Below, one piece after another: positions 41,758 to 56,955 of a stretch of 64,000 bases of DNA (position 1 is the stretch's first letter; every line of letters begins with the position of its first letter). Source of the DNA: Octopus vulgaris (Eukaryota); contig OX597815.1 of assembly GCA_951406725.2 (NCBI GenBank), positions 76,818,001 to 76,882,000 of the forward strand, written 5' to 3'. The notes below the pieces were generated by a model. The model worked only from the letters and a program-made list of their open reading frames with translations, did not search any database and had not been told where the DNA came from. The translations under genes and the position numbers were made by a program.

Positions 41758-42025
41758 CATGCAAGCATACATACATAAATAAATGTATATATACGTAAAT
41801 ATATATACATATGTACACACACACATATATGTGTATGTGTATGTATGTATATACGTTTGTATGTACGATTTTGTATAACAGTTTAAAATAGTTTTATGAA
41901 TAATATAAATAACATAAATGTATATAGCTTATGTATATAGCTTATTTTATCAATTTCATTCCATCGTTTATCTGTCAATTGTCTTACGAATACTGTAAAT
42001 TTTGCGTGCTCAGTTCTGTTCCACT

Positions 42026-42430
42026 TTACTCTCTTATTTGTTTCAGTCATTTGACTGCGGCCATGCTGGAGCACCGCCTTTAGTCGATCAAATCGACCCC
42101 GGGACTTATCCTTTGTAAGCCTAGTACTTATTCTATCGGTCTCTTTTGCCGAACCGCTAAGTTATGGGGACGTAAACACACCAGCATCGGTTGTCAAGCA
42201 ATGCTAGAGGGACAAACACACACACACACAACACACACACATACACATACACATATACATATATATACATATATACGACAGGCTTCTTTCAGTTTCCGTC
42301 TACCAAATCCACCCACAAGGCATTGGTCGGCCCGGGGCTATAGCAGAAGACACTTGCCCAAGATGCCACGCAGTGGGATTGAACCCGGAACCATGTGGTT
42401 AGTTAGCAAGCTACTTACCACACAGCCACT
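42026..42430 (-). mobile_element. SINE family B, near full length
   Basis: Reverse complement of 1921-2303. Confidence 0.85.
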
Positions 42431-42803
42431 GAAACCTGATACAAATGATGACAGGTAGGTATGTAGGTAGGTAGGTTCTATTGTATTAGAACATAAATTA
42501 CATAATCTTCGATTCCATTCTATAGTTTCGAGTGTGACACAAAAGATCACTCTCGAAAGTGAATGAAGGATAGGAAGGTACTATTATATGAAATCGCAGT
42601 TATTTTGAAAATTTTGTCTTTCTAAAACGTATTAGGGACCAAATTGATTCATTGGTATTTAAAATAGGTTTATCTAAGAATTTAAAATAAACTGAAGGCA
42701 CCTGTTATTAACAACGCACACCATACTCCAGTACAGTCATTTCGTAATAGTAAACGGGTGCTACGAGCAAGACGGCTCATTTGACTTGTTACACACTCAC
42801 ACA

Positions 42804-42878
<75 letters not shown>

Positions 42879-42926
42879 TAGGAAGAAATGGAGCTGAACG
42901 AAGATTTAATAAAATTCCTTTATATT

Positions 42927-43012
42927 ATTTTCTACATATGCTTCGAAGGCTGCAAAGTCCCTAATTCGGATTGAATAAGGAGTCCATTTTGCAGCTTTCT
43001 CTTCAGGAAAAT
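42927..43012 (-). ncRNA. Hammerhead ribozyme, left-arm copy with A15.1G (probably impaired)
   Basis: Same as 43742-43827 but GAAG in place of GAAA. Confidence 0.65.
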
Positions 43013-43741
43013 CCAGGAACTTAATTCTCCAACAAAATGCACAACAAGCTTTTCGACAAACGCTCACGAGGAACCCATGAAATAAATGACACAAACTGTC
43101 TATCTATATGCATTGACGCCAGACTGGGTGAAATCAGAAGAGATTGTCCGTTGAGATAGTTCAAGGTCAGAATCCGGTTGGCAGAAGGGGCGCAGAAAAT
43201 CAAAGAGTGTGAATGTATTCTGTATAACTGGTGTTTATATTTGAATTATTTTAAGAATGAGTGTTAGAGTGTTTGAGTGTGAGAAAATGCTTTAATGTAT
43301 GTGTGTGTGCGTCTATGTATGTGTGACAGTGTGTTTCGAAGGCAGAAAGAGAGAGAGATATAGCAGGTATTTCTTGACCATTAATACCTGCTATATCTCT
43401 CTCTTTCTGCCTTCGAAACACACTGTCACACATACATAGACGCACACACACATACATTAAAGCATTATTCTCACACTCAAACACTCTAACACTCATTCTT
43501 AAAATAATTCAAATATAAACACCAGTCATACAGAATACATTCACACTCTTTGATTTTCCTGTACCCCTTCTGCCAACCGGATTCTGACCTTGAACTATCT
43601 CAACGGACAATCTCTTCTGATTTCACCCAGTCTGGCGTCAACGCATATAGATAGACAGTTTGTGTCATTTATTTCATGGGCTCCTCGTGAGCGTTTGTCG
43701 AAAAGCTTGTTGTGCATTTTGTTGGAGAATTAAGTTCCTGG

Positions 43742-43827
43742 ATTTTCCTGAAGAGAAAGCTGCAAAATGGACTCCTTATTCAATCCGAATTAGGGACTTT
43801 GCAGCCTTCGAAACATATGTAGAAAAT
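43742..43827 (+). ncRNA. Type I hammerhead ribozyme with canonical core, extended stem II and GUA triplet
   Basis: Reads ATTTTC-CTGAAGA-G..GCTGCAAA...TTTGCAGC..C-GAA-ACATATGT-A-GAAAAT. Stem I is a perfect 6 bp, G10.1-C11.1 is present, and stem III is palindromic. Confidence 0.85.
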
Positions 43828-44034
43828 AATATAAAGGAATTTTGTTAAATCTTCGTTCAGCTCCATTTCTTCCTACACTTAATATATAAAACTTCAAATT
43901 TCTGCACTAAGGCACGGTTTTTATGCCCCATGGTCGTAACTTCAACCGTGTTTTTTCTGTTGTGATATTTGCTACCCAGGTATCGGTTATCATGTGAATT
44001 ATCCGTAATAAGATAATTCATTTATCTACTACAA

Positions 44035-44073
<39 letters not shown>

Positions 44074-44128
44074 GTATGTATATGTATATATATATATATA
44101 TATACATATATACATACATACATACATG

Positions 44129-44206
<78 letters not shown>

Positions 44207-46941
44207 TATTAGTAAGAAAAGCACGAGTAAGATAACTAGGTAAAGAGGAGACAAACAAGTAAATAGTACACAGAGTCAATCAAGCGTAAGTCAAACAAGC
44301 AAAGTAGTTTAGAATGAAAATAAATGCATCAAAGGAAGAAGCAAAAGAGGATCCAAGTTTATGAAAGGGAAGAAAAATGGATAAGAGGGATAAGGGAAAT
44401 AGAAAAATATGCAGTGCCCCATTTGAGATTTCTATATAACATCAACCACATACAAGCAATCAGCACACACATACTAAACACATACGTACAAATATACACA
44501 CAAATGCTTACAAAACATACACACGTGCACCTGCCTATGTAAAATAATCATAAATGCACGTACGAAATATATACACACCAACATGTTAATATATTGGCTT
44601 TACTTTTAAAAATAAAAATAATAAAAATAAAAAATATCTTTAAAAATAGGGCAAATCTTTTTTTATTGTCGTTTCCATTTTCATTCTGTCTTTTTTTTTC
44701 TTCTGCTTTCTCTCGTTTTTTTCTCCTGCTTTCTCTCCTCTTTCTCCGTCTCTGTGTGTTTTTATTTCCGACGAAGCACATTTTAATCCCGAAACGTCAA
44801 ACATATCTTTCGTTTTTACATTCAGCGTTAAGCTAATAGAATTTTTTATCGTGTTCTTTGTTGAGTATTGTTATGCATGTGAATGTATGTATCTATGTAT
44901 GTATGTTTATATGTATGTATGTACGTACGTACATTGATACAAAACTAGCTTCCCGGTTAATGAAAATATAAATACTTTACTTCATGTTTTGAGTTCTATT
45001 TCTCACGTCTATAAAGCCACAGCTTGGTTTCCAAGAAAGTAATGATATCAATTTCTTCAACATTTGTCCTAGTTAAACAAAAGATTTAACTGTCTTCTAG
45101 TAGAGACAACATTGATCAGATACAATCTATAGAATATATTTCATTGTGATAATAAACTGGATTTATTAATGCTATTTTCTCCAGTTAATAAAGTTGTCAG
45201 CCGTATGTCACAAATAATTTGAAAATCTGACTTACAGTTCATAACAGTCCGATTTCATGAGGAAATAACATCGCCATAACCTTCTGTTTCCTAGAAGCAT
45301 AGACTATTTATCTTAAACTTCTTCATCAATTAGTAAAGAAATAATTTTTTCAGAGAAAATTTCAGCTAGGACACTTAGCTGACAAGTGAGATAAAATTGC
45401 ATTTCAAAATAAACTCTTTTATAAACTCTTTTATACCTCTATAAACTCTTTTATAACTCAAAATCACTGAAACGGAAATTTAGAAAAGCTAATTTTAATG
45501 GTTGATTTGCACATAGTCACAATCTCGAAGTAATATGTAGGTAGGATTTATATGACCGACTGCAAGCATAAATTTCGGAATAGTGAGGCACATGATCAGA
45601 TATTCTTTGCGCGAGAAAACATTACTCTTTTCTAATAATATAACGGCTGAACGCAGCCAGTTTGCAAACTCAGTACAATATTGGTTAAAATACCACTCGG
45701 TACTTTCATTTTTTTTCATTCCAAGTTAAAATTCAAATTTCGCTTTTTGTCTTTCATTTTTGTCTTTTTGGAATCGATAAAATAAAATTCCAGTCGATAC
45801 TTGGGGCCATCCCTCAAATTTTCTGGCTTTGTGTCTAAATTAGTAACCAATATTTTCATGAACGATCTTTATGAAGATTTCCAAAGCAATATAACAGCTT
45901 GTACTCAGTATTTATTTATCTATACCCTAGTGAAGACAAATAGCGAGTTGATTTGTCTATGAGAAAATGTGATCATTAACAGTTAACCTTACTGCAATCT
46001 AAGGAAGCATTCGAACCTATCGAACCCAGTACTCGACTTATTTTCTTAGACGGAAGGAAGGCAAAGTCAAACACAATAAAGAACATGGCATTTTCACCGT
46101 TTCTCTATTGATTCCGCCAATCTATCACTCTTTATAATATCTCTACTGCATCTTAATTCTAAAGTCACTTTGCTGAGCTCGTATACGTTGCAGTGCTGAG
46201 TTAAAATTCTGCTGAAGTGAATTTACCTTTCACCCCTGCAGGATCGATAAAAAATGTACCAGTTAAGTAATTAGACCATGATAAGTACTTAGACCCCTTT
46301 CCCTAGATTTTAGATCTTGTGCTTATATGCCGCTTCTTAGTACTAGTGGAGAATTGGAATTGCATTTTAGATATCAATGGAATAGTGTAGGGTTAACCCA
46401 TAGAAGTAACGGAGACAAAATCCTTAAAAACCAGCCCAGGCACTTCCAACTGCTTGACTGGTAATGACCAGGTTTCCCAAATGTATCAGTGAAGACATGT
46501 AGCTACTATAATGGATCATGTGGATCGGATCTGTATAGATTACTCGTCAAACAGAGATAGAAGCATAATGTATCCACAACTTAAAGTGGTCTAAGACCAC
46601 AAAGACCATATTAGCGAGCCAGTGAAGTGGCTCGCTAATATTGTCCTCAAAATCAGATGATGGGGCATTCGGAAGGGAGTAATTACATATGGATCGATAG
46701 CATTTGGTAAAATGCATATGTGGATGATGATACGGAGCAAAAATTTTCCAAGACAATCGGACTCCAGCTCGGCGCTGGAGTGATAAATCCATGTTGTCAA
46801 ACAGTGTTGTGAGGCCCTACATAAATGGTCATCTTAAATTACTTAAGATTTAGTTTGGATAAGTGATATTGGATTCGAATGAGAAATAAAGCCAGCACTT
46901 ATATTTGGTTTATTCTTTTCTTCTTTTATTTTATTTGCCTC

Positions 46942-47075
46942 GCCTTTATTGAGCAAATCGACCCCAGGACTTATTCTTTGTAAGCCTAGTATTTATTCTA
47001 TCGGTCTCTATTGCTGCACCGCTCAGTTGAGGGTACGCAAACACACCAGCATCGGTTGTCAAGCGATGTTGGGGG

Positions 47076-47158
<83 letters not shown>

Positions 47159-47321
47159 GACAGGCTTCTTTCAGTTTCCGTCTACCAAATTCACTCACAA
47201 GGTTTTGGTCGGCCCGAGGCTATAGTAGAACACACTTGTCCAAGGTCTCACGCAGTGGGACTGAACCCAGAACTATGTGGTTGGTAAGCAAGCTACTTAC
47301 CACACAACCACTCCTGCGCCT
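46942..47321 (-). mobile_element. SINE family B
   Basis: Reverse complement of 1921-2303. Confidence 0.85.
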
Positions 47322-49905
47322 ATATATACTTTCCCCTACATTTTATGTCCTTTTTTAAAAAGTAGCATAAATGTCATAACCGCTATTTCCCCCTCCTTTA
47401 ATTCTAGAACCTTCATGTCTAGTTAAAGATAGCGCTGGATCGTTAGAGGTTCGAGAGCGTCGCAATATAATTAGTAATTAGCTTTTCGCTATTTATGTCC
47501 CTGGTTTAAATCTCAACGAGGGCGACTTTGTTTTTTTTCTTCTGGAATCAATAAAATAAGTTACCTTCAAGTGTTACTTGTCTCTGTGCCAAAAGTGCTG
47601 GCATATTTACAACTTCAGAAATCCTTGTTTTAATTTATTTTTTAAATGCCAATGAAATTCATATATTTTAGGAGAAGCAAAATGGCAAGCGTAGCATTTT
47701 AAGGCTTTTCTCGAGAGTATTATAAGTGTAAATAAACTGAAATAATTTCGACAGGGGATTGAAGCCACGTCACTTTTCCAGGAATTTATCACTGAATGCA
47801 ACAACGTGCTTGTCAGAGATTAACTGCTTATTGATTTCTCATCAACATAAAGGATCATATTTATAGAAGACAAATGAGGTTGTTTGTGATACATTCGTTT
47901 ATCAAAGGCATGAATGACGCAAGTGAAGTGAATGGCTTTAGCCGAGAATCAAAGACTTGTCCATCAATCATACGTTAAATTGATAACAGTCTGCAACCTA
48001 AATCATTGATCTCCTATTTAAATGTTGTACATTATTGACATTCTTGACAACCGAACACATAACATGATATCGTCCTGATATTGTTTTCTATTATATTCGG
48101 CGTGTATTTTCTAACAAATACTAATCTCTTCTATTTTCTTACATATTTTAGATGATATAGAACCAGAGCTAAATAAAGAATTAACTAACCCAATACAAAC
48201 AAAGATCCTATACAAAGTTCATTATATGTCTTGTGCGATAACATTAAATATTGGCGGCATTTTAGCTCAGAAGGTAAAGACAGACGAAATGCCGCTAAAC
48301 ATTTTGCTCGGCGTGCAAACGATTCTGCTAGCTCATCACCCTAATTAACTACTAAATATTTGTTTCAAATGTTTTTAAAAGCCAGCAATTTCGGGTAAGT
48401 GGGTAAGTCGATTGCTTTGGCCCCAGTGCTTGACTGGTACTCATTTTATCGACTCCGAAAGTATGAAAGGCAAAGTCAACCCCGGCAGTATTTGAACTCA
48501 GAACGTATAGTCGGAAGACATACCACTGAAAATTTTGTCCGGTGCGGTAACGATTCTGCCTACTTGCCGCCTTCATAACAAATGAATATTTGCGTGGCTT
48601 TACCCAACATTAAACTGCTTTCTTGTAGTAGCTTGAACTATCTCTGGTAGAGTACATATAGGACCAATGCTTTGAATTTCTTTAAAACTGTGATGCTTTT
48701 AAATAATGAGCTTCCTTATATTTATTTTTAATTGAATATGTAATTTCTTAGATTCGTATTTGTTAAATAGATACCGTAAACAATGATATAAAGTTAACAT
48801 ATATATATATATATGTTAACATTAATTTAACTGCATTAAATTTGTTTACACTAACTTAACCTTTGTTGTTTTTCATGCGGACGGTGTCTTTGAGTTATTT
48901 CTCTAAACATTTCTCTAAACATTTCTACTCATTTTTTTATGCCTACTAGTGTGCTGTTTTCCATCATTTAGTGTTTTTCTTTAAAATATTTTGGGAAAGT
49001 TCGGCGAGGACAATGCTTGAATGATTTTTTTTTTTTGAATAGTTGTTTGTTTATGTTAGCGCAAGACCTGGTATTCTGGGGAAATGATTAAGTAGATGAC
49101 ATCAGTTCCACTACTTGAACTAATAATTCATTTTATGACCCCAGAGGGATGAAAGGCAATTATAATCTCGATAGGATTTGAGCTCAAAATAAAAAGAGCC
49201 TGAATGATTTTATAATAATTTGAACTTGAACTTAGAATATAAAGAACACGAGAAAGGCGGCGGGATAGTCGAAACATTAGCACGCCAAACAAAATACCTA
49301 ATAGCATATGGTGCGTCTTTACGTTCTGAGTTTAATTTCTGACGTGGTCGAATTCGTTTTTCATCCTTTCGGGATGAATAAGACAAGTACTTCCGAAATT
49401 TCTGACCTTGTGCCAAAATTTGAAACCAATATGAACACAAGACCGGGACTTCTGAGGGAGAGGGTTAAAGTGATTACATGGATTTCTGTACTTTAACTAA
49501 CACTATATTTTATGATAGGATGAAAGGTCAAGTTGATTATGGCGGAATGTGAACTCAAACTGTATAGAACTAGAATGATTTTATAATGATATTGTAACTC
49601 GTTCGGAGTTTGTTTTTTATACTAACCATAATAACTAAATAATATAAGGGTGTATTAAACATTTTAATATTACTTAACTACAGATTTCTGTGCCTCGGCA
49701 TGGCCACAGCCTTTAGAGTGAATCGCATAAATGAATAAATAATCGCAATATTTGCCGGAGTAGTTTTCATAGAAAATACTAAATAGATTTGCAAGACTGT
49801 ATATTGTTTGGCGTAGAATAGCAGAAGTTATTAGAGAATTAGAGACTAAGTGTTGCATGAAAAACAATAATAATGTTAGAGTTAACAAATTTTAATGCAG
49901 TTAGT

Positions 49906-49965
<60 letters not shown>

Positions 49966-50759
49966 GTATGTGTGTATGTATGTATGTATGTATGTATGTA
50001 TGTGTATGTGTGTGCATGTGTGTGTGTGACATAGATTTCAAAATTCAAGTTATCATTACTTAAAAGTAAAAATAATGAGATATTACACATAAATTACACG
50101 CAATTGAATACTGCATGTAAATATATACAGAGTAATATTAATAGACTGGAATGCTGACTGAATATTTAGTGCTGTGAAATCAAAAATTACCATACCAAGT
50201 GTCTATGCAAGGCTCGAACTCAGAAACTCGAGTTACAAAACAAACAATATAGTCATTTAGTTCCACATCCGCCGTTGGCACGAACTCCATTGCGTAAATA
50301 AACCGGAAGACTTTGGAGAAAGAAATTCTGATAATGATTCACTCAAATTTTATTTGTTTTTTAAAAATTATGCTATCGCAGTAATATAACTTTAATTATA
50401 TTTGACGACCGAGAACTGGACAATTAAATATCTCTTTATCAATATTCTTAATCACCTAAACCGATTTCAAATTCTGATACTAAAGTTAATTATGGTCTGC
50501 CTACACCACACCTCACTCGCTCTTTTTCTCGCATTAGCTATTTATCTAAAGAATCTTGTCTCTCGGGTGAAAATTTATAATAAATCTTAGAGAATTTGCA
50601 CAATACAAAGCGAACTTTTATCTTTGTTGGAATTTATTATTGTATATAGAAAGCTTTTCCCAATTTGTATTGTGAGACAAATTACCTTATAATATAGCCA
50701 TAGCATTAATCAAATGTTAATCATTGAAAACACAAGGAACATAATTTCTGTTCAGTTCG

Positions 50760-52095
50760 CTATTTCACTTGATTTAGACTAAGATTGGCATACTGATTTC
50801 AAAACTACAGTCACTTTTCTTCTATCACACCATGATTATTTTCTATAGCTTACTCTCTGAATAAGCACATTTGTATTGTTTGTCCGTAAGTAATAGTGCT
50901 GGTCAGATGTTTTAATATTTTATTGATAATACCAGGGAACAATTTCGAAAAAAAAATAGATGTCTTGCATTTTACAATAGTTCTACCTAATTTGGTGGTG
51001 CTGGGTTCAGAAATGCCCTCGGGAAGTTTTTTGTAAAACAAGAATTTATTTTTTTATAAAAACGTCGATTTCGCCATTAAATACTGAAATAAGAAACTCA
51101 CACAAACCAAATAATGCTCTTTTTGTTTAACAAATATGTTGCACAAAACTTTTAATTACACATTTCAGGATAGATATTTCTGTCAAACTGGAGTTTCAGC
51201 AATTCAATTAGTGAACTTTCTCTTTGCTGCTTTGCGTGAATAACTTGCATCAAGGCAGTCTTTTTACAGTAGTCCAGCAGTAGTCAGAAACCAGCAGTAG
51301 TCAGCCATTACGTTTGTGTTCCACCTGTCTTTATAACTAGTCTCCATGGTCCCGATGTCTTGGGGAAATCTTTCTCCTTGATCATCACGTATTGCAGTAT
51401 GAATCTCAGTAAAGTAGTTTAGATGACTCTGAAGGAAATACACTTTTGCATTCATGTTGCAGTTCAGTGCTTGAAAATTGGTTTAAGAGGGTCTGCAGAA
51501 ATTCTTCAGAATTTGATGACTTTCTGTTTCCCCGAAAAAGACACAGCTGCAGTAAAGCATTCGTTGCTTTTTTTTCAACACCAGACATGGTCTCCAAAAA
51601 CTGCGCGTCCTGCAATAACCACCTAACTTGTGGTCCGTCAAACATACTAACCTTAAGTTTCTCACAAGACAAAATTGGAAGCTTTTTGCTAATGTATTGG
51701 AAATAGTCCCTGTCTCAGTGTTTCAGCACATGTTTTACACTCTGTATGAGGTGCACAACTCGATCACCTATTTTCATACCAAAGTAAGTAAGGTACGCTT
51801 TTTTCGCAAAATCTGTAAAGTGTAACATCCAGAAATAAAGCAGAAAACATCGGGACTGTATTTGCATTTTCTTCTCTCACAACTGGCGATATTTCTGAAA
51901 AAAAAACATATTCAAACCAGTTGTTATCTAGGAAAAGCATTTTCTGAATTATTAACTGCTGATGGCAAAGAGCGTACATGTGTCATGAAGTTTTTTCTAC
52001 AGTTATTTGAGAATACTTGGCAAAAAGTGACGTTGACCCATATGACCTCACAGTTAAAATATTAAGGGTGCATTCAAAATACCAATTTTCATAAG
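50760..52095 (-). mobile_element. DNA transposon transposase remnant, probably CMC/Chapaev-3-like
   Basis: Fragments KLKVSMFDGPQVR and KVYFLQSHLNYF..DDQGERFPQDIGTMETSYKDRWNTNVMADYCWFL. The superfamily is assigned from recall of the GERFHQDI/ADYCW motif and the boundaries are approximate. Confidence 0.6.
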
Positions 52096-52107
52096 AAATA
52101 CTGCGGC

Positions 52108-52470
52108 ACTCCGTCGGTTACGACGACAAGGGTTCCAGTTGATACAATCAACGGAACAGCCTGCCCGTGAAATTAACCTGCAAGTGACTAATGCACGCCA
52201 CAGACACGCGTACCCTTAACGTAGTTCTTGAGGAGATTCAGCATGACACAAAGTGTGACAAGACTGGCCCTTTGAAATACAGGTACAACAGAAACAGGAA
52301 GAAAAAGTGAGAGAAAGTTGTGGTAAAAGAGTACAGCAGGGTTCACCACCACCACCCCCTGCCGGATCTTCGGGGAGCTTTAAATGTTTTCCCTCAATAA
52401 ACTCTTACAACGTCCAGTCTGGGACCCGAAACCACGATCCGCTGCCCTAACCACTGGATTATTGCGCCTC
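52108..52470 (-). mobile_element. SINE family A-related element
   Basis: 52108-52285 is the reverse complement of about 2903-3080; tRNA-like head near 52420-52470. Confidence 0.7.
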
Positions 52471-53260
52471 TACTATAAGAAATAGTTAAAGATTCAATTA
52501 AATTTGTCTCACCTGGTTTGCAATGATAGTCACACTCTAAATCAAGCACAGCGTGGGCGTATCTGCAGACAAATTCCACAAATACGAGACATACATTATG
52601 TAAAGATCACAGAAACGTGTTTTTTAATTAACATCTCATTAAATAAAGGGCATTTCTGTCATCATCTTCACATTTTAAGCTGGTTAGATGGAAAATAGTG
52701 AAAGCTGCTTGAATTTGATGGTTTTTATTCACTGAAGATACCTAAATCGTGACTTTTGTTTGCCATTTGTAGTTGCATTTGCTTTAAATGATATTGGAAA
52801 ACTATGTTTTCAGTTACGTCAAAGCTCCATACATAGGTCTACATTTGATGATGCTAAATCTATCCTTAGAAATGGGGACAATACCTGAGCTGTTGAAAAA
52901 TGGGCATTTCCGTTTGACGTGATAGAGTAAAATGGATTTTAGTTTTGAAATCAGCACCCTAATATTATTAAGAAACAGGTCTCCAAGACCAGACAACAAA
53001 AACATGTTCTCCATTGTAATATAGTTACAAAGGCCTTGAATGTGAAGCAATTTATTCTCCATCATTAAATTACGTCCGTTTAAATGATTTGTCTTCATCA
53101 AAACTTATTACTTATAAATACTTAATATTATTTACAAAAGGATTTGTGCAAAATGAATTGTTATATGTAACCAATGCAGCATAGTTGATTCATGTTAGGT
53201 CCCCAGTAACATGCGTTGAGAAGGGATCACACGCCAGCGCGCACACGCACACACACGTAC

Positions 53261-53325
<65 letters not shown>

Positions 53326-54266
53326 AAGCAACTTTACTGCTTTTTTTCAATAATTCAGAGGAAGAACAGCGTCCATGATCTGTTTAACACGGCCCATAAA
53401 ATTAGTGGAAGAAAGGTAGGCAGTCAACCTTTAACTGAAAACCTGTCCCCCGAATGCTTACAATAAGTGTACTCCTTTAAATGTACCACTAAAGGGCCGC
53501 TGATGATATTAAACCGCGAGATGGATTAAGGGAGGCGCATGGCCTACTGGTTAGTGTGTTGCACTCATGATCTGAAGATCGTAGTTTCGACTTCTGGATC
53601 GAGAGGTGTGTTTTATTTTTGAGAAAAACATTTCATTTCTCATTGCTCTAGTCTACCCTGCTGCAGACTGGCATCTTGTTCAAGGAAAATGTGATCTCGA
53701 TTACTCATATACTGTGGAAACCGAGTATCCAGCCCGAAGAATCCTAGGGCTCGGACATAATTCTAAGGGTTGCGAATGATAATGATGATGTTAAATTAAG
53801 TCTTTCATCCGAGGATGGTCTTTCACATAGTTTCTATCTACCAAATTGCTCTTACAATGTTTTGGTTGTTCCGAGGCTAGGTGGAAGTCACATGTTGATT
53901 TAGACTAAGATTGGCATTACATATGACTGACTTTAAAAAAACTGCTGGAAAGCAAACAAAGCACTGTTAAAACAATTATAAGCATTACACTCCAGAGCAA
54001 CTGAAAGTTAAAAAAGAAATCATGCAAAAGTTTCTTTTTATTTCCTTTTTTTATTCAATTTCTAATAATCTTTATTTATTTTGTGTATTTTATTTCTTAA
54101 TGATTTCTGTTACAAGATAAATATTTGCTTACTGAATGCTTAAGAATAATACAGATAAAGATGATATTATTAATAATAAAATGTTCACGTCATATTTTTA
54201 CAGACTCAGCGAAATAGAAAAGTTATTATATACACACACACACATGTTTATCTATGTATGTGTACG

Positions 54267-54331
<65 letters not shown>

Positions 54332-55385
54332 TTAAGTATGTATGTATGTGTTTATGTATGGATATTACACACTGACACAGATGATGAGTATTAACGCTGT
54401 ACCGTTTTTCGAAAATGAGAAATTTTTATTTCCAAATCTTGTTATTATCATCCCGGTCAAATGGCGAAAATTTTTAGTGAAGTCGTGTTTATATTTTCAT
54501 TTGCTTTTGTTACTCTTTCGTTTCTTCTTTGTTATTTACTAATGTCAAACGGATGCAAAAGTTCCTTCGTTATAAACCTGCTTCTGGAACATAGTTTAAT
54601 CAACTCAGCGACAAAACTTGAAACTTTTTGTCTTCTGTAAAGTCTTTGTCAAGTAATAGATAAAACAACGAATGGCCAACAAGTAATAACCTCTTGACAC
54701 TAATCGGAGATAACACCAAATGCTCTATAAATCAGATTAATGGCGACACAAAGCTGATAGATATTCAGCTACTGTATTAGTAGCAAGGTATAAGGAACGC
54801 CATTGGTGCAGTCAAGCATGTTTTGGAAGGATCGGGCTGAGATTAAATTTCTGTTCTTCCCTCACACCAAATATACTTTCATCTTTTCTTCTCATTTCTC
54901 TTCATTCTTCTCAAGCTTGTTATCTGTTCTCTTCTTTCTTTTTCTTATTTTTTTCCTTTCTCTTGCAAATCATTCTTTCTTAACTCTCGATCAGTTCTGA
55001 GTTTCTGGCCCTTGTTCTTAAGTTTCATCCTCCAATGAGAGTTACAGAGCAGTCGAATTGGTTGCGTATTCATTTACCTGCACACCGAGTATCGACACTT
55101 TATTGCCCATTCATTGTGACTGCGGTCTATCTATAGTCAAGCCATTTAAATTTCACTGACCTACAGCGTCTAGCTGTAAGTTACTTACTACCTTGTAGAA
55201 ATATAACGAATTCCTTCAGGTAGCTTATCTTCGAATAAGTGGTGAATATTTCACTTTGCAGTGCTGAATTCAAATCCAAGATTTCCATGAAAAGAGTTTG
55301 TTTGGAGGTAGTCTAGATTAGGGGCTGACTTGCTTTAAAAGTAAAAAATCTAGTAAATTTGATATTGGATTCACCGATCCTTCTT

Positions 55386-55386
<1 letters not shown>

Positions 55387-55477
<91 letters not shown>

Positions 55478-55534
55478 TAGTGGTGGGTTTATTGGTTGTG
55501 GTGGAGGTGGTGGTAGTAATAGTAGTAGTAGTAG
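55387..55534. repeat. (TAG)n trinucleotide microsatellite
   Basis: Direct inspection. Confidence 0.95.
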
Positions 55535-56173
55535 TTTCTTTCTTTGGTATATCTCTCTTTCTCTCTTTTACTTCACTTTGTTCCTAAGAAATTGCTTCTT
55601 TATTTTAAATCGTCTCTAAATCTTTCATCCTTTAACACTTTTTTTACACAGACAGGTATACAGTAATTTAATTTTTGTGCTTAAATACTTTTTTGCATTT
55701 AAACAACGAAAGCGTACCTAGGCAATTCTCCGTATCATTTTTTTTTCAATCAAAATATTCAAATATACATTTATACCCATATATACATAAATAAATAGAA
55801 AGGTACATATTTTAGAGCACGTATAAATATATTTCCATGCATTCATACATAGACATGATGATAACAAATGCACAAAACGAACATAGAAGCTATATTTTAT
55901 ACAGTTAGACTCCCAGAAAGATTCCAGTTGCGTTCCAATTTAGTTTTTAAATAAACAGTATAAATTTAATCGTGAAAAAATTTATGACTCCTGCTGATAT
56001 ATTTCAATATAATTTTTTAAACAAAGCTGTGAATCTGGTTCCTTTTTAGAGAAAACTTTTAGAAACATATAAAAAATAACCAGAGTCGTACACACGGCAG
56101 CACACTTACATGTAGAGTACATATTTTTATTGGTTACATACATATCAATGTATATGATTGTGTGATGTGTGTG

Positions 56174-56238
<65 letters not shown>

Positions 56239-56243
56239 CTCTA

Positions 56244-56298
<55 letters not shown>

Positions 56299-56872
56299 GT
56301 CTGTCTGCCTGGCTGTATGTCTGTATGTATATACACGCATGGGTGAGTGTCTGTGTATTCTAATTTAGATATAAAGCTAGCAATTTGTTGGGGATGGATT
56401 GATTCAAAACCATCGAACCCAGTGCTTGACCAGTACTTATCTCATAACCCCTAAAAGCAATATTGACCTCGGTGGGATTCGAACTTAAAACCAAAGGGAC
56501 CAGAAGAAATATCGCCAAGCATTTTCTAACGATTTTGCCATTTCGCCTTCACTTACATAAATACACACAGTCATACATTCATACATATATATTCACAAAC
56601 ATTCATACATACATTCATACATACATTCATACATACATACATACATTCATACATACATTCATACATACATACATACATATGCATATGTATATATTACACA
56701 TATATACATGTATATATATACGTGTCTATATTTATATATATATATATATGAATACATACATATATATATATATATACATACATACATATATATATATAAA
56801 TATATATATGTCTAAGTGTGTATGTGTGTATGTATATAATATATATATACAGATATAACACACACACACACA

Positions 56873-56944
<72 letters not shown>

Positions 56945-56955
56945 ATATATATGTA

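Larger units (their letters stand above)
42875..43879. mobile_element. Large fold-back element with ~497-bp inverted arms and an 11-nt spacer, in (TA)n context
   Basis: 42875-43371 is the reverse complement of 43383-43879 with about ten or fewer differences; mirrored ORFs at 42906-43094 and 43660-43848. Confidence 0.95.

Noticed and set aside
42906-43848. Twin 62-aa ORFs on opposite strands
   Set aside because: A by-product of the palindrome; no recognisable domain and they overlap the HHR.
42875-43879. A-to-I editing footprint in arm mismatches
   Set aside because: The few differences mix A/G, C/T and indels in both directions, which ordinary transitions explain.
52814-53101. 95-aa ORF as a possible host exon
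   Set aside because: No recognisable motif or convincing splice signals.
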